From positions 16,203 through 80,202 of the forward strand of contig CAXHZO010000009.1 in assembly GCA_964022095.1 (NCBI GenBank): 64,000 nucleotides of DNA. The letters are read 5' to 3'. Below, piece by piece: positions 20,555 to 31,035 of this stretch. The notes under the pieces are model-generated. The model saw nothing but the letters and a program-made list of their open reading frames with translations, made no database searches and was not told the DNA's origin. Source of the stretch: an uncultured Arcobacteraceae bacterium. Its GTDB lineage: Bacteria; Campylobacterota; Campylobacteria; Campylobacterales; Arcobacteraceae. The position numbers and the translations under genes are program-made. How positions within the stretch are numbered: position 1 is the stretch's first letter; each line of letters begins with the position of its first letter.

Positions 20555-21736
20555 TTATAGGCTTTTATCTGTTTGAAATCTTTTACCAAAAAGTAATAAT
20601 ACAATACCACCTAAAACAATAAATGCAGTTAAATATAATGCATAGTCATAGTTTCCAAATCTATCAATTAAATATACACTATAAAGAGGAGCTATCACTT
20701 GACCAATTCCATATGAAGTTGTAAGTGCACCCATTAGTACTACTGGATTATGTTTTGCAAGCTGACCTCCAAGGTTCATAAATAAAGCAACTAATCCAAC
20801 AAATGTTCCTCCATAAAAAATCCCACTTAAAAAGTTTAGATACAAATTATTTGAAAACGTTGGAATCAAAATACCTATTGTTTGTAAAAAAAGTGCAATG
20901 ATGATTATGTTTACACTTCCATACCTATGTGCTAACCTCATCCATATAATACAAGAAGGAATTCCAGCAAGTCCAACTAATGTCCATGTTAAGTTACCAT
21001 ATCCTTCAAGTCCTGGTAGATTATTAATAATATCAGGTAAAAATGTAGCTTGAACAACAAAGCCTACACCTTCTGCAAAATAAGCCATAATTAAAATTAT
21101 TACAAAAGGTGTGAAAATCTTAGCATCAATTTTATGTTGAGTTACATTTTGATTTACTTTTTTGTCAAAAGATAAAATATACATTGAATAAAAAGATAAT
21201 ACTATTGCAAAAATAGATAAAACTAACCATGAGTTTTCCCAAGTTCCACCATTACTTAATATATATCTACTTATTAAATCTGTTGTTAAAATAGAAAAAC
21301 CAATACCACTAAAGTGTATACCCATAGCTTTTGTTTTACTCTCTAATTTTAACTTCATCATTACAATAGCAGATCCAACTACAAAAGCCATTGCTCCAGC
21401 AAAACCTGCGATTATTCTTGCTATTACCCATACAGTATCATTTGTAGAGATACTTAAAACAACTGTTGAAATTATGGCTAAAAAAATACCAACTCTAAAA
21501 AGTATTACTTTTTGATTTATATCTTTTATAAAAATTGAAAGAATAGAACCACTTAAATAACCTGCAAAATTAAGTGAAGCCAAAATTCCTGCAAATGTAA
21601 TAGTAAGATAGTCCTCAAGCATTGCAGGAAGAAGTGAAGTAAAAGCAAACCTTGAAACACCAAGTCCTATAATTACTGCAAAAATTCCTGCAATTATAAT
21701 TGCTAGGTTATCATCTTTGTTTAATAATCTATTCAT
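20555..21736 (-). CDS. YbfB/YjiJ-family MFS transporter
   Basis: About 12 TM segments; GVSRFAFTSLLPAM, LASLNFAGYLSG, YGIGQVIAP. Confidence 0.88.
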   Translation of the reverse strand: MNRLLNKDDNLAIIIAGIFAVIIGLGVSRFAFTSLLPAMLEDYLTITFAGILASLNFAGYLSGSILSIFIKDINQKVILFRVGIFLAIISTVVLSISTNDTVWVIARIIAGFAGAMAFVVGSAIVMMKLKLESKTKAMGIHFSGIGFSILTTDLISRYILSNGGTWENSWLVLSIFAIVLSFYSMYILSFDKKVNQNVTQHKIDAKIFTPFVIILIMAYFAEGVGFVVQATFLPDIINNLPGLEGYGNLTWTLVGLAGIPSCIIWMRLAHRYGSVNIIIIALFLQTIGILIPTFSNNLYLNFLSGIFYGGTFVGLVALFMNLGGQLAKHNPVVLMGALTTSYGIGQVIAPLYSVYLIDRFGNYDYALYLTAFIVLGGIVLLLFGKRFQTDKSL

Positions 21737-21836
21737 GTTTTCTACCTTGAATAATCTATAATTTATGTTATCATATCACTAAAAGTTATTGAGTGTCAAA
21801 TAATCAATAATGATATGTGATATAAGGATTAATGAT

Positions 21837-22667
21837 ATGGATTTAAATCTTCTAAAAGTTTTTATAACTGTAGCTAATAAAAACAGTATTTCTCTAGCAG
21901 CAAATGAATTAAAGTGTGCACAATCAAATGTAACTTCTAGAATAAAACAACTCGAAAAGACAATAGATCAGACTCTTTTTCATAGAGTTCCAAAGGGAGT
22001 TATCCTTACAAGTAGTGGAGAAAGACTCTATCCTAAAGCAATAGAAATAGTAAAAAAAATGGAAGATGCAATAAGTTCAATTTCTAATGACGATGAGGTA
22101 AAACATCTAAAAGTAGGTTCAACTGAGTGTAATGCGAATGTTAGGATTTCTCCTTTTTTGATAAAATTACATGAAGATTTCCCTAGCATGCAATTAGAGC
22201 TATTTACAGGAACTACTAAAAGTATTACAGAGTTAATTTTAGATTATCAAGTTGATATTGCATTTATTAGTGGGGAGCCAAAAAGTGATAAACTGATGGT
22301 TCTTAAAAAAATAGAAGAAGAAATAGCAATTTTAGAGCCAAAATGTGAAAATGTCCCAAATGTGACTTTGACTTTTAAAGAAGGCTGCGTTTATGATGAA
22401 TTTTTAAAAGATTACTATAAACAAAAAAATATTTATATTGAAAAAGCATTATCTTTTGGTAGTTTAGAAACAATTCTTTCGTGTGTAAAAGTAGGGATGG
22501 GGAAAACTTTACTTCCAACAAGTATTGTAAAATCAATTGGCTATGAAAAAGATATAAAGATTACTGTGTTACCAAAAGATGAAGCTAATATTCCGACTTG
22601 CTTAGTTTGTAGAAAAGATTCTATTCCAAGAATCTCACAATATTTAACTGATATGAAATTAAGTTAG
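21837..22667 (+). CDS. LysR-family transcriptional regulator, divergent from the MFS gene
   Basis: MDLNLLKVF...SISLAANEL...QSNVTSRIKQLE...LFHR HTH; AAGGA RBS before the ATG at 21837. Confidence 0.93.
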   Translation: MDLNLLKVFITVANKNSISLAANELKCAQSNVTSRIKQLEKTIDQTLFHRVPKGVILTSSGERLYPKAIEIVKKMEDAISSISNDDEVKHLKVGSTECNANVRISPFLIKLHEDFPSMQLELFTGTTKSITELILDYQVDIAFISGEPKSDKLMVLKKIEEEIAILEPKCENVPNVTLTFKEGCVYDEFLKDYYKQKNIYIEKALSFGSLETILSCVKVGMGKTLLPTSIVKSIGYEKDIKITVLPKDEANIPTCLVCRKDSIPRISQYLTDMKLS

Positions 22668-22672
22668 GAAAC

Positions 22673-22738
22673 AATAGGTGATGAGTATAAAGTGTTTTAG
22701 TTAAACTGTTACTGTAATGATTATACTCATCACTTATT
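22673..22738. repeat. 18-bp inverted repeat with 30-nt spacer
   Basis: AATAGGTGATGAGTATAA ... TTATACTCATCACTTATT (17/18 complementary). Confidence 0.75.
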
Positions 22739-22802
22739 AATTCATATCAATTTAATCATTTTAACATTTATTTTCTAAAGGCCTCATATAAAATAGTAAA
22801 TA

Positions 22803-23876
22803 CTACTTGCAAGGTGTAACATTAGTAACTTTTACTACATAATCTTCTGCTTTACAGCCAAGTTTTGGTGAAACTTGTTTTGTATCACCAAAACAACCAC
22901 CTGCATTACTAACCATAGTCTCCATTACACCCTTAGCTCTTTGAGTATAATCATTTTTACATGTAGCCATAAATGAAACATCAATACAAGAAACGGGCCT
23001 TGGTGAATATTTAGGAATTATCCCTCCAACATGATGCTCACCATAACAATTTTTTGCGGCTAATTTGATTGTATTTTTTAACTTTGTCAAATATTGCTGT
23101 TTTTCTCTTTCTTTTCTTCGTTTCTCTTCTTTTCTTTTTAGCTCTTTTTCTTTTTTTAATCTTTCTCTTTGAAGTTTCTTTTTCTTAATTTCTTCTTCTC
23201 TTTTTTTTAGTTTTAATTCTTTTTGCTTTTTGCTTTGCTCTTCAATCTTTTGCTTTTCTAATTCTCTTTTCTTTTGTTCATATTTTTTATTATAGTCATT
23301 TTGAGAATAAGTATTTTGTGATTTATAACTACTAGAATTAGAGTAGTTCTTTTTATTAGCACTATTAATTAAAGCATTTAATTGAGCTTGTGATTTTTGA
23401 TTTATTTGTTGCTGTTTTTTTATACTATTATTCATAGAAGTCATTAATAACTTGTAGTTTAGCTGATCTTGTTTTTGCTTAGCAATTCTTCTTTTTTTTG
23501 CTTCTTGTTCTCTTCTTACTTTCTCTCTTTGTTTTCTTTTATATTTTCTTTCATCATTTTTTATTTCATTTTTTATTTTAGAGACTTTATTATTATCAAA
23601 ATTCATAGAATAAGCATTATCTAAAATTTTATATGCACTTGTAAAGTAGTAATTATAAGACTTACTTTTGGCATCTTTTATTAATTTATCAAACTTTATT
23701 TTTTGTTTATTATGATTTTCGGCACTTTGCATACTGTCCATAAAATCATCACTTTGCATTTTTTGATTCTCTTTAATTTTAACACTTTTTGATTCTCCAA
23801 AAATATCATCAAATTCATTTGAAAATAAAAAACTAAATGAAAATACACAAAGAATTACAAATTTTTTAATAAACAT
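22803..23876 (-). CDS. Secreted hypothetical protein with K/E/Q-rich coiled coil and a six-Cys C-terminal domain
   Basis: Signal peptide; long charged helical region; six Cys in the last ~85 aa. Confidence 0.75.
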   Translation of the reverse strand: MFIKKFVILCVFSFSFLFSNEFDDIFGESKSVKIKENQKMQSDDFMDSMQSAENHNKQKIKFDKLIKDAKSKSYNYYFTSAYKILDNAYSMNFDNNKVSKIKNEIKNDERKYKRKQREKVRREQEAKKRRIAKQKQDQLNYKLLMTSMNNSIKKQQQINQKSQAQLNALINSANKKNYSNSSSYKSQNTYSQNDYNKKYEQKKRELEKQKIEEQSKKQKELKLKKREEEIKKKKLQRERLKKEKELKRKEEKRRKEREKQQYLTKLKNTIKLAAKNCYGEHHVGGIIPKYSPRPVSCIDVSFMATCKNDYTQRAKGVMETMVSNAGGCFGDTKQVSPKLGCKAEDYVVKVTNVTPCK

Positions 23877-23885
23877 AATTAACCT

Positions 23886-24395
23886 TTAATATAATACTTT
23901 TTCCTCTCCTCTAACACAAATTATTCTACTTAATTTAGACTTCTTAGTATTATAAGAGCTTATCGATCCGTATCTATATGATAAACCTAAATATTGACCT
24001 TTTGAATTTAATGTTGAAGACATAAAATTATCACTTTTCCCTGGCAATATTTGAAGACCTTTAAATTCATTTTTTATCATAGTTCTATAACTATTTTTAT
24101 ATCCTCTCAACCAACTATTTTTTTTACTATAATCTATTAGTGTTACTAACTCTTTTATACTTGGTATTCGCCAATCATCATATCCTGCTAAAACTAAATC
24201 ATTACAAAAAGGCTTACTTCCATTATAAGTACCTGAGTACCATGGTGGCCTTTTATCATCTCTCCACATTAGACCTGTATGTTTATCAAGAAAAACTTGC
24301 TTAGGGTTTTTTGAAGCTATATATAAACTTGGAGCTGAACTTCCACAACCTACAAAAAAAACAATTGTTGCTAATAATAAAATATAAACTCTCAT
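23886..24395 (-). CDS. DUF1566 (Lcl C-terminal / CLec-like) lipoprotein
   Basis: Lipobox FVGC; DKHTGLMW, CNDLVLAGYDDWRIPSIKEL, C-terminal ICVR. Confidence 0.85.
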   Translation of the reverse strand: MRVYILLLATIVFFVGCGSSAPSLYIASKNPKQVFLDKHTGLMWRDDKRPPWYSGTYNGSKPFCNDLVLAGYDDWRIPSIKELVTLIDYSKKNSWLRGYKNSYRTMIKNEFKGLQILPGKSDNFMSSTLNSKGQYLGLSYRYGSISSYNTKKSKLSRIICVRGEEKVLY

Positions 24396-24404
24396 TTTAA
24401 ACCT

Positions 24405-25130
24405 TTATTTAAATTTTCTTACACATCTAACATATGCTTTAGTTGATATTGAGGTACTAACTATATGGCCAGAAGAGTTTGAAAAGTAGTATTTATATTT
24501 AGAATTACCATCTTTAATAAACTGATAATTATATTTATAAAGTACATTCTTAAACTCTTTTTTAATAGCAGGTGTTTGTGAAAAGTCCATAATAGTCATA
24601 ACTTGATTTGCTGTTGGAAGTGTCCAATCACTATAAGCATTTAAATTTAACTTTTTACAATAATTAGCAGCGCCATAAGCAGTTGTTCTAAAAGATACAA
24701 CATCATAATCATCTTGCCACATTAAGCCTGTTGCTTTATCTTTTACAACTCTATTTTTAGACTCTTCTTTTTTTGCTTCTATTCTCTTCGCTTTTTTATA
24801 TTTTGGTTCAACCTCTAGATATAATTTTAATGCTTCTTGATAAAATCTTCCAGAATTACCTGCAACATCAATATAATACTCTAATGAATTAAATGATTTT
24901 ATGTAATCTTTTGTCTTATAATAAGCCTTACCTTCCCAAAAAACTAATGATATAGGAATATTATTATCTATTTTTTTCCACTCATTTATAGATGAAATTA
25001 TTTGTGCATAGTTACCTTTTTTTTGTTGTTCAACTAACTTTATCTTTAAAATATCAATCTTTGCTTGATTTGACAATGCAAATAAACTACTTCCCATAAA
25101 TAGGAAAATAATAAAAAATAATTTATTCAT
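24405..25130 (-). CDS. Secreted protein with TPR-like region and DUF1566 domain
   Basis: Signal peptide; FWEGKAYYK TPR-like helix; DKATGLMWQ, YCKKLNL..YSDWTLPT, YVRCVR. Confidence 0.82.
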   Translation of the reverse strand: MNKLFFIIFLFMGSSLFALSNQAKIDILKIKLVEQQKKGNYAQIISSINEWKKIDNNIPISLVFWEGKAYYKTKDYIKSFNSLEYYIDVAGNSGRFYQEALKLYLEVEPKYKKAKRIEAKKEESKNRVVKDKATGLMWQDDYDVVSFRTTAYGAANYCKKLNLNAYSDWTLPTANQVMTIMDFSQTPAIKKEFKNVLYKYNYQFIKDGNSKYKYYFSNSSGHIVSTSISTKAYVRCVRKFK

Positions 25131-25369
25131 AAGTACTCCTTATTTGTTTAATTATATAAAATTAATTTTAATAGAGATTAAAATTATGTATCTTTTTTAT
25201 TGTTTTTTTTAAAAAATTTTATATTAAATACAAATTAATTTCATGAATAAACAAATTTTAAGATATAATTTAAAAAAAATAGTGCTATAATAATTTTTAC
25301 TATTGTTAATTTATAGATATTTTACACATAAAATAATTATTAGTTACTTTATATACTTAGGAGTTTTAT

Positions 25370-26821
25370 ATGTTTAACTTTGGAAAAACACAAGAAGAGG
25401 AAGGAAGACTAATTGCAATGGATGAAAACTTTGCGATTATTTCATTTAAGCCAGATGGTACAATAATTCATGCAAATGAGAATTTTTTAAATGCTTTAGG
25501 ATACTCACTAAACGAAGTAGCTGGAAAGCATCATAGAATATTTTGTGATAAAACATATGCTGATTCCCAAGAGTATATAAATTTTTGGAAAGACTTAGCA
25601 GATGGAAAAGCTCAAATAGATGAATTTGAAAGATTTACAAAAGATGGAACTTCTGTTTGGATTCAAGCTTCATACACTACAGTAAAAGATAAAAGTGGAA
25701 AGGTAACTAGAGTTATTAAATTCGCTCAAGATATTACAAGTGCTAAAAAAGTTACAAACTCTGTAAGCAAAGCTATTGATTTAGCAAAAACAGGAGTTTT
25801 TAATCAACAAATAACTGAAACAACTGACAATGATGGAATTGAAGAGCTTAAAAATGGTGTTAATGAGCTATTTAAAATTGTATCTTCAAAAGTTGATGGG
25901 GACTTAAATAAAATTTCAACTGCATTAAACTCTTTTCAAAAGTTAAATTTTACACATAGAATTTCTGGAGACTTAGGTGAAGTATCTGTAGGATTAAATA
26001 ACTTAGCAGACATTATCAACCAAATGTTAGTTGAAAACAAAGAAAATGGTTTAACATTAGATGAAAGCTCAAATGTATTACTTTCAAATGTTGATAAACT
26101 AAACACTAGTTCAAATGAAGCTGCTTCATCACTAGAAGAGACAGCTGCTGCACTAGAAGAAATAACATCAAACATTAGAAACAATACTGAAAATATACAT
26201 AAAATGGCTTCATATTCTAGTAATGTTACTAAATCAGCTAATGAAGGTGAAAACCTTGCGAATCAAACAACAGTTGCTATGGATGAGATAAATACACAAG
26301 TTAACTCTATAAATGAAGCAATTAGTGTAATTGATCAAATTGCATTCCAAACAAATATATTATCACTAAATGCAGCAGTTGAAGCTGCAACTGCTGGTGA
26401 AGCTGGAAAAGGGTTTGCTGTAGTTGCTCAAGAGGTTAGAAATTTAGCTGCTCGTTCAGCTGAAGCTGCTAGTGAGATTAAAACTATTGTTGAAAATGCT
26501 ACAACAAAAGCTAATCAAGGTAAAACTATATCTAATAATATGATTGAAGGTTACAAACATCTAAATCAAAATATTACAAATACAATAGATCTTATCCAAG
26601 ATATTGAAATGTCAAGTAAAGAACAACTAAGTGGAATTGAGCAAATAAATGATGCCATTACAAACTTAGATAGACAAACTCAACAAAATGCAATGATTGC
26701 TTCTGAAACACATGATATAGCTGCATTAACTGATGAAATAGCTAAACTTGTTGTTTCAAATGCAAACTCAAAAGAGTTTATTGGCAAAGAAAATGTTAAA
26801 GCTAAACAAACAAATAAATAA
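25370..26821 (+). CDS. Cytoplasmic PAS-domain methyl-accepting chemotaxis protein
   Basis: PAS (ANENFL..LGYS, GKHHRIF, WIQASY); MCP hairpin [37 protein letters not shown]; no TM segment. Confidence 0.93.
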   Translation: MFNFGKTQEEEGRLIAMDENFAIISFKPDGTIIHANENFLNALGYSLNEVAGKHHRIFCDKTYADSQEYINFWKDLADGKAQIDEFERFTKDGTSVWIQASYTTVKDKSGKVTRVIKFAQDITSAKKVTNSVSKAIDLAKTGVFNQQITETTDNDGIEELKNGVNELFKIVSSKVDGDLNKISTALNSFQKLNFTHRISGDLGEVSVGLNNLADIINQMLVENKENGLTLDESSNVLLSNVDKLNTSSNEAASSLEETAAALEEITSNIRNNTENIHKMASYSSNVTKSANEGENLANQTTVAMDEINTQVNSINEAISVIDQIAFQTNILSLNAAVEAATAGEAGKGFAVVAQEVRNLAARSAEAASEIKTIVENATTKANQGKTISNNMIEGYKHLNQNITNTIDLIQDIEMSSKEQLSGIEQINDAITNLDRQTQQNAMIASETHDIAALTDEIAKLVVSNANSKEFIGKENVKAKQTNK

Positions 26822-26828
26822 AAGATAG

Positions 26829-27578
26829 TTAGTTTAGTAGTAACTTTATTGATATTGCAAAACAAACTATAACAACAACTGGACGAATTAACTTTTGTCC
26901 TTTTGATATTACTAGTTTAGCCCCAACAACTGCTCCTAATACTTGACCAATTCCCATTAGTAAACCAACAATAATTACAACTTCTCCGTAAAATAAAAAA
27001 AACAATAATGCTGCAAAATTTGTAATAAAATTTAATACTTTTGTTTCAATTGTTGCTTTTGAAATGTTATATCCTAAAAAATAGATAAAACAAATAGTAA
27101 AAAATGAACCCGTACCAGGTCCAAAAAAACCATCATAAAATCCAATTGCAAGAACAAAAGTAAAAGCATATAAACTACTAGACATGAGTTTATGCTTTTC
27201 GACTTCACCTACATTTTTAGTTACTAAAAAATAAATACCAATAAATATTAATAATATAGGTATTGTTTTTTCTAGTATTGATGGGTCAATTTGTAAAAGG
27301 GCAACTCCACCTAAGATAGAACCTACAAATGCCATAAGTATCATTAATTTCATTTGTTTTATATCTACAAGTTTTTTTCTAATAAAATAAATTGATGCAG
27401 TGAATGTTCCAAAAACAGATTGAAGTTTATTTGTGCTTAGTGCTTGAATTGGACTCATGCCAACTGATAATAATGCTGGTAAAGTAAGTAATCCACCACC
27501 ACCTGCAATAGTATCTATAAGTCCTGCAAAAAATGCAGCTAAAAATAGTATTGAAACTATTTCAATAGTTAATTCCAT
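26829..27578 (-). CDS. TSUP/TauE (YfcA-like) membrane transporter
   Basis: AGLIDTIAGGGGLLTLP, TNKLQ, GFYDGFFGPGTGSF. Confidence 0.9.
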   Translation of the reverse strand: MELTIEIVSILFLAAFFAGLIDTIAGGGGLLTLPALLSVGMSPIQALSTNKLQSVFGTFTASIYFIRKKLVDIKQMKLMILMAFVGSILGGVALLQIDPSILEKTIPILLIFIGIYFLVTKNVGEVEKHKLMSSSLYAFTFVLAIGFYDGFFGPGTGSFFTICFIYFLGYNISKATIETKVLNFITNFAALLFFLFYGEVVIIVGLLMGIGQVLGAVVGAKLVISKGQKLIRPVVVIVCFAISIKLLLN

Positions 27579-27623
27579 AATAATAATCCAATTTTAAATT
27601 AGGCAATAGTATTACATTAATTA

Positions 27624-28940
27624 TTATAAAATAGAGTTTATAGGCTCCAAGGGAATAGAAATTTTGAAAACTGCTCCTTTATGACTCTGGTTTTCATACT
27701 CATAGTTTTCATTTCTAGCTTGTATTCTTCCGCACATACTATCTTCAATGATTTTTTTACTCATATATAAACCTATTCCTGTGCCCTTATCATCATCTTT
27801 TGTTGTAAAGTAGCTATCAAAGATTTTTGTTTTTATATTTTCAGGAATCCCACCTGCATTATCTTTTATTTCTAAATATAAGTACTTTTCATCTTTATAT
27901 GTCTTTATAAAAATCAATTTTTTTGGTTTATCTAAGCTTTTTAATTCATCATAGGCATTTTTTAAAATATTGATTATTACTTGTAGTAATTCATTTTCAT
28001 ATCCATATAAATCAATCTCTTTTATATCTTTTATTAGTTGAATATTACTATTTATTAATTGTGCATTTATAAGTTTGAATACTTTTTCTAAAGAGTTACT
28101 TATTTTAAAATAGTTTATAACCTTACTTGGTTTAAAAAAGTTTCTAAAATCATCTATTGTGTGAGCCAAGTTTTCAACTGAATAATCAATAACCTCAATT
28201 GATTCATCAACTTTTTCATCAAAGTCACCATATTGTCTATTTAGTTTTAATAAAGCATTTGAAGCTCTAATTGTAGAGAGAGGCTGCTTCCACTGATGAG
28301 CTATATTTGCAATCATTTCGCCCATAATTGCCATCTTTGATTGCTGTACTAATAGGTTTTCTTGTTTTCTAATTTGTGTTAGGTCTAAAGCTGTTGAAAT
28401 AAAAACTTTTTTACCATCAACAACTCCATATGGACTTATATAAATATACCAAGTTAATACTCTTTTATCTTTAGTATTAATTTTAAACTCACCTAATCCC
28501 ACTTTTTTATTTATGTTTTGATGTGATTTAAAAAGCTTTATAGTATCTTGAGCTTTATCTCCAAAAACTCTATATGACCATTTTTCTAAAGTAGATACTT
28601 CTTCATACTTGTATCCAGTTAACTTAAACCAAACATTATTTATTTTTAAAGGAATACCATCTTCGTTATATATTACTATTGGAACTCCAACATTGTTAAA
28701 TACATTTTCAAGACTTTGTCTTAAGTTTTCTTCTTCTTTAAAATATTTATTAAAAAGAAAATATATTAATATTGCTGTTACAAGTATGAAGAAAATTCCT
28801 TTTAAACTCTGCATTAAAGCTAGTGCTTCACTATCTTTTACAAATTCATGTAAAATACTATCTGAAAAAAGTATCCATAATATACTAAAGAATATATAAA
28901 AAAATGATACTTTTATTGCGGGGGATGTTGATTTGAACAT
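27624..28940 (-). CDS. PAS-domain sensor histidine kinase (no adjacent response regulator)
   Basis: Two N-terminal TM helices, PAS, H-box IAHQWKQPL, DNAGGI, GTGIGLYM. Confidence 0.92.
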   Translation of the reverse strand: MFKSTSPAIKVSFFYIFFSILWILFSDSILHEFVKDSEALALMQSLKGIFFILVTAILIYFLFNKYFKEEENLRQSLENVFNNVGVPIVIYNEDGIPLKINNVWFKLTGYKYEEVSTLEKWSYRVFGDKAQDTIKLFKSHQNINKKVGLGEFKINTKDKRVLTWYIYISPYGVVDGKKVFISTALDLTQIRKQENLLVQQSKMAIMGEMIANIAHQWKQPLSTIRASNALLKLNRQYGDFDEKVDESIEVIDYSVENLAHTIDDFRNFFKPSKVINYFKISNSLEKVFKLINAQLINSNIQLIKDIKEIDLYGYENELLQVIINILKNAYDELKSLDKPKKLIFIKTYKDEKYLYLEIKDNAGGIPENIKTKIFDSYFTTKDDDKGTGIGLYMSKKIIEDSMCGRIQARNENYEYENQSHKGAVFKISIPLEPINSIL

Positions 28941-29128
28941 ATACTTAAAACCTATTTTATTCTTTACATAATTTAATTATTAATTATAACAGAACAAGAT
29001 GAAATGAATATAATATTTTTTTAAAAAGATATATTTTTAATACTTATACTTCTTAAGCCTTATGTATTATATTTAATGATATAGTTTATTTATAAATAAT
29101 TAAACAAAATTCTCTATAGAAAAAACGT

Positions 29129-29875
29129 ATGATAAAAACAATATTAATTTTAACTCTTTTTTGTATTTCTTTATTTGCTCAAAAAATTAACATTGCAGTT
29201 GCAGCTAATGTTAGCTATGCAATCAATGATTTAATAAAACAGTTCAATAAATCAAATCCTAATACAAAAGTAATAGTAACACTAGGAAGTAGTGGAAAAC
29301 TAACAGCACAGATTAAAAATGGTGCACCATATGATATATTTATGTCTGCAAATATGAAATATCCAAACTCTTTATTTGAAGATAAAATTGCTATTACCAA
29401 ACCTATAGTTTATGCCCATGGAAGTTTAGCCCTTCTCACTGGAAAAAATCTTGATCTTTCAAAAGAACTAGAACTTTTAAAAGATAAAAAAATCAAGAAA
29501 ATAGCCATTGCAAATCCTAAAACTGCACCTTATGGAAAAGCAACAGTACAAGCACTAAAAAATGCAAATATATATGATTTGATATATAAAAAATTTGTGT
29601 ATGGAGAATCAATTTCTCAAACTGTAACCTATGCCACAAGAGCTACAGATATAGGATTTATTGCAAAATCTTCACTATATAGTTCAAAAATGAAAGCCTA
29701 CAAAAAAAATATCCATTGGATTGATATTGATTCATCTTTATATACTCCAATAAATCAAGGAATTGTAATACTAAAAAAAGCTTCAAAGATTCAAGAAGCA
29801 AAAGATTTTTATGAATTTATATTAAGCCAAAAAGCAAAAAATATATTTAAAGAATATGGATATTTAATTCCATGA
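29129..29875 (+). CDS. modA: Molybdate ABC transporter substrate-binding protein
   Basis: AVAAN, GSSGKL..QI..GAPYDIFMSA, IANPKTAPYG. Confidence 0.95.
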   Translation: MIKTILILTLFCISLFAQKINIAVAANVSYAINDLIKQFNKSNPNTKVIVTLGSSGKLTAQIKNGAPYDIFMSANMKYPNSLFEDKIAITKPIVYAHGSLALLTGKNLDLSKELELLKDKKIKKIAIANPKTAPYGKATVQALKNANIYDLIYKKFVYGESISQTVTYATRATDIGFIAKSSLYSSKMKAYKKNIHWIDIDSSLYTPINQGIVILKKASKIQEAKDFYEFILSQKAKNIFKEYGYLIP

Positions 29876-30273
29876 ATAGATTAAAAGCCCTTGTAACAAA
29901 TATTGATAGATTAGACAGTTTAAATATTGTTAGTTTTGATTTTAGTGGAATAACTCTAAAAATGATGAGCTTAGAACTCAATGAAAAAATCAATATTGGA
30001 ACAACTGTTATTCTTGCAGTGAAACCAACCCATGTAACTTTTGCTAAAAACTTTCAAGGTTATATTAGTGTAACAAATCAATTTAGAGCAAGAATAAAAG
30101 GGATAAATAACGGCAAACTACTAAGTAGTGCTATTTTTGAGACAAAAGGAACTTTAATAGAAAGTGTTTTTACAACTACTAGTTTAAGACAAATGAACCT
30201 ACAACTTCATGATGAGTTTACAATCATGGTAAAAGCTAGTGATATCTCTATAAAGGAGATTTGTGATGATTGA
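29872..30273 (+). CDS. TOBE/Mop-domain molybdate-binding protein
   Basis: Two TOBE-like repeats (MNRLKA..., SVTNQF.A.I..I..G.L, VKASDI) inside the mod operon. Confidence 0.8.
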   Translation: MNRLKALVTNIDRLDSLNIVSFDFSGITLKMMSLELNEKINIGTTVILAVKPTHVTFAKNFQGYISVTNQFRARIKGINNGKLLSSAIFETKGTLIESVFTTTSLRQMNLQLHDEFTIMVKASDISIKEICDD

Positions 30274-30958
30274 TACTTTTACAAACATTGATTTTCAACC
30301 GTTTTATATCTCTTTTAAATTAGCATTTGTCACAACTTTGATTTTGTTTATTATATCTTTACCACTATCTTGGTACTTATCTCAAACCAAGTCAAAAGCA
30401 AAACCATTTTTAGAAGCTATTACTGCACTTCCTTTAGTACTTCCTCCTTCTGTAATTGGATTTTATATTTTATGGGCATTGTCTTATAATTCACCTATTG
30501 GAGCTTTTTTTGAAGAGACTTTTGGAGTAAGTTTAGTATTTAATTTTACGGGACTTGTCATAGCAAGTTGTTTTTATAGCTTGCCTTTTATGGTACAACC
30601 ACTTCAAAATGGATTTGAAAGCTTAGATAAAAATATGCTAGAAGCAAGTTTTATTGCAGGTAAAGGGAAAATAAAGACTATATTTAAAATAGCCCTTCCA
30701 AATATCAAACCAGCTTTATTAACTGCACTAATAGTGACTTTTGCCCATACAGTTGGTGAGTTTGGAGTGGTTTTAATGGTGGGTGGAAGTATCCCAGGTG
30801 ATACAAAAGTAGCCTCTGTTGCAATATATGAATTTGTAGAAATAATGGATTATAGCTCTGCTCATGTGTATAGTATTATTATGATAATAATCAGTTTTTT
30901 AGTGCTACTTAGTGTTTATATTTTTAATCAAAAGAATAATAAAAAATTTGGGGTATAA
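30263..30958 (+). CDS. modB: Molybdate ABC transporter permease
   Basis: LPLVLPPSVIGF, YSLPFMVQP, FAHTVGEFGVVLMVGGSIPG. Confidence 0.95.
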   Translation: MMIDTFTNIDFQPFYISFKLAFVTTLILFIISLPLSWYLSQTKSKAKPFLEAITALPLVLPPSVIGFYILWALSYNSPIGAFFEETFGVSLVFNFTGLVIASCFYSLPFMVQPLQNGFESLDKNMLEASFIAGKGKIKTIFKIALPNIKPALLTALIVTFAHTVGEFGVVLMVGGSIPGDTKVASVAIYEFVEIMDYSSAHVYSIIMIIISFLVLLSVYIFNQKNNKKFGV

Positions 30959-31035
30959 AAATAACAAAATGAAATACTTTTTAATAAAATAATTTATTTT
31001 TGCTAGTATTAAAGTAAATAAGAGAGGTAAAATAA

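Noticed and set aside
23090-23290. Purine/pyrimidine-biased low-complexity tract
   Set aside because: Explained by K/E/R-rich coiled-coil codons of the minus-strand gene.
23886-25130. Diversity-generating retroelement suggested by DUF1566 domains
   Set aside because: No reverse transcriptase, Avd or template repeat is visible in the window.
28941-29128. ModE operator upstream of modA
   Set aside because: Only AT-rich partial matches; no convincing CGTTATATA-type palindrome.
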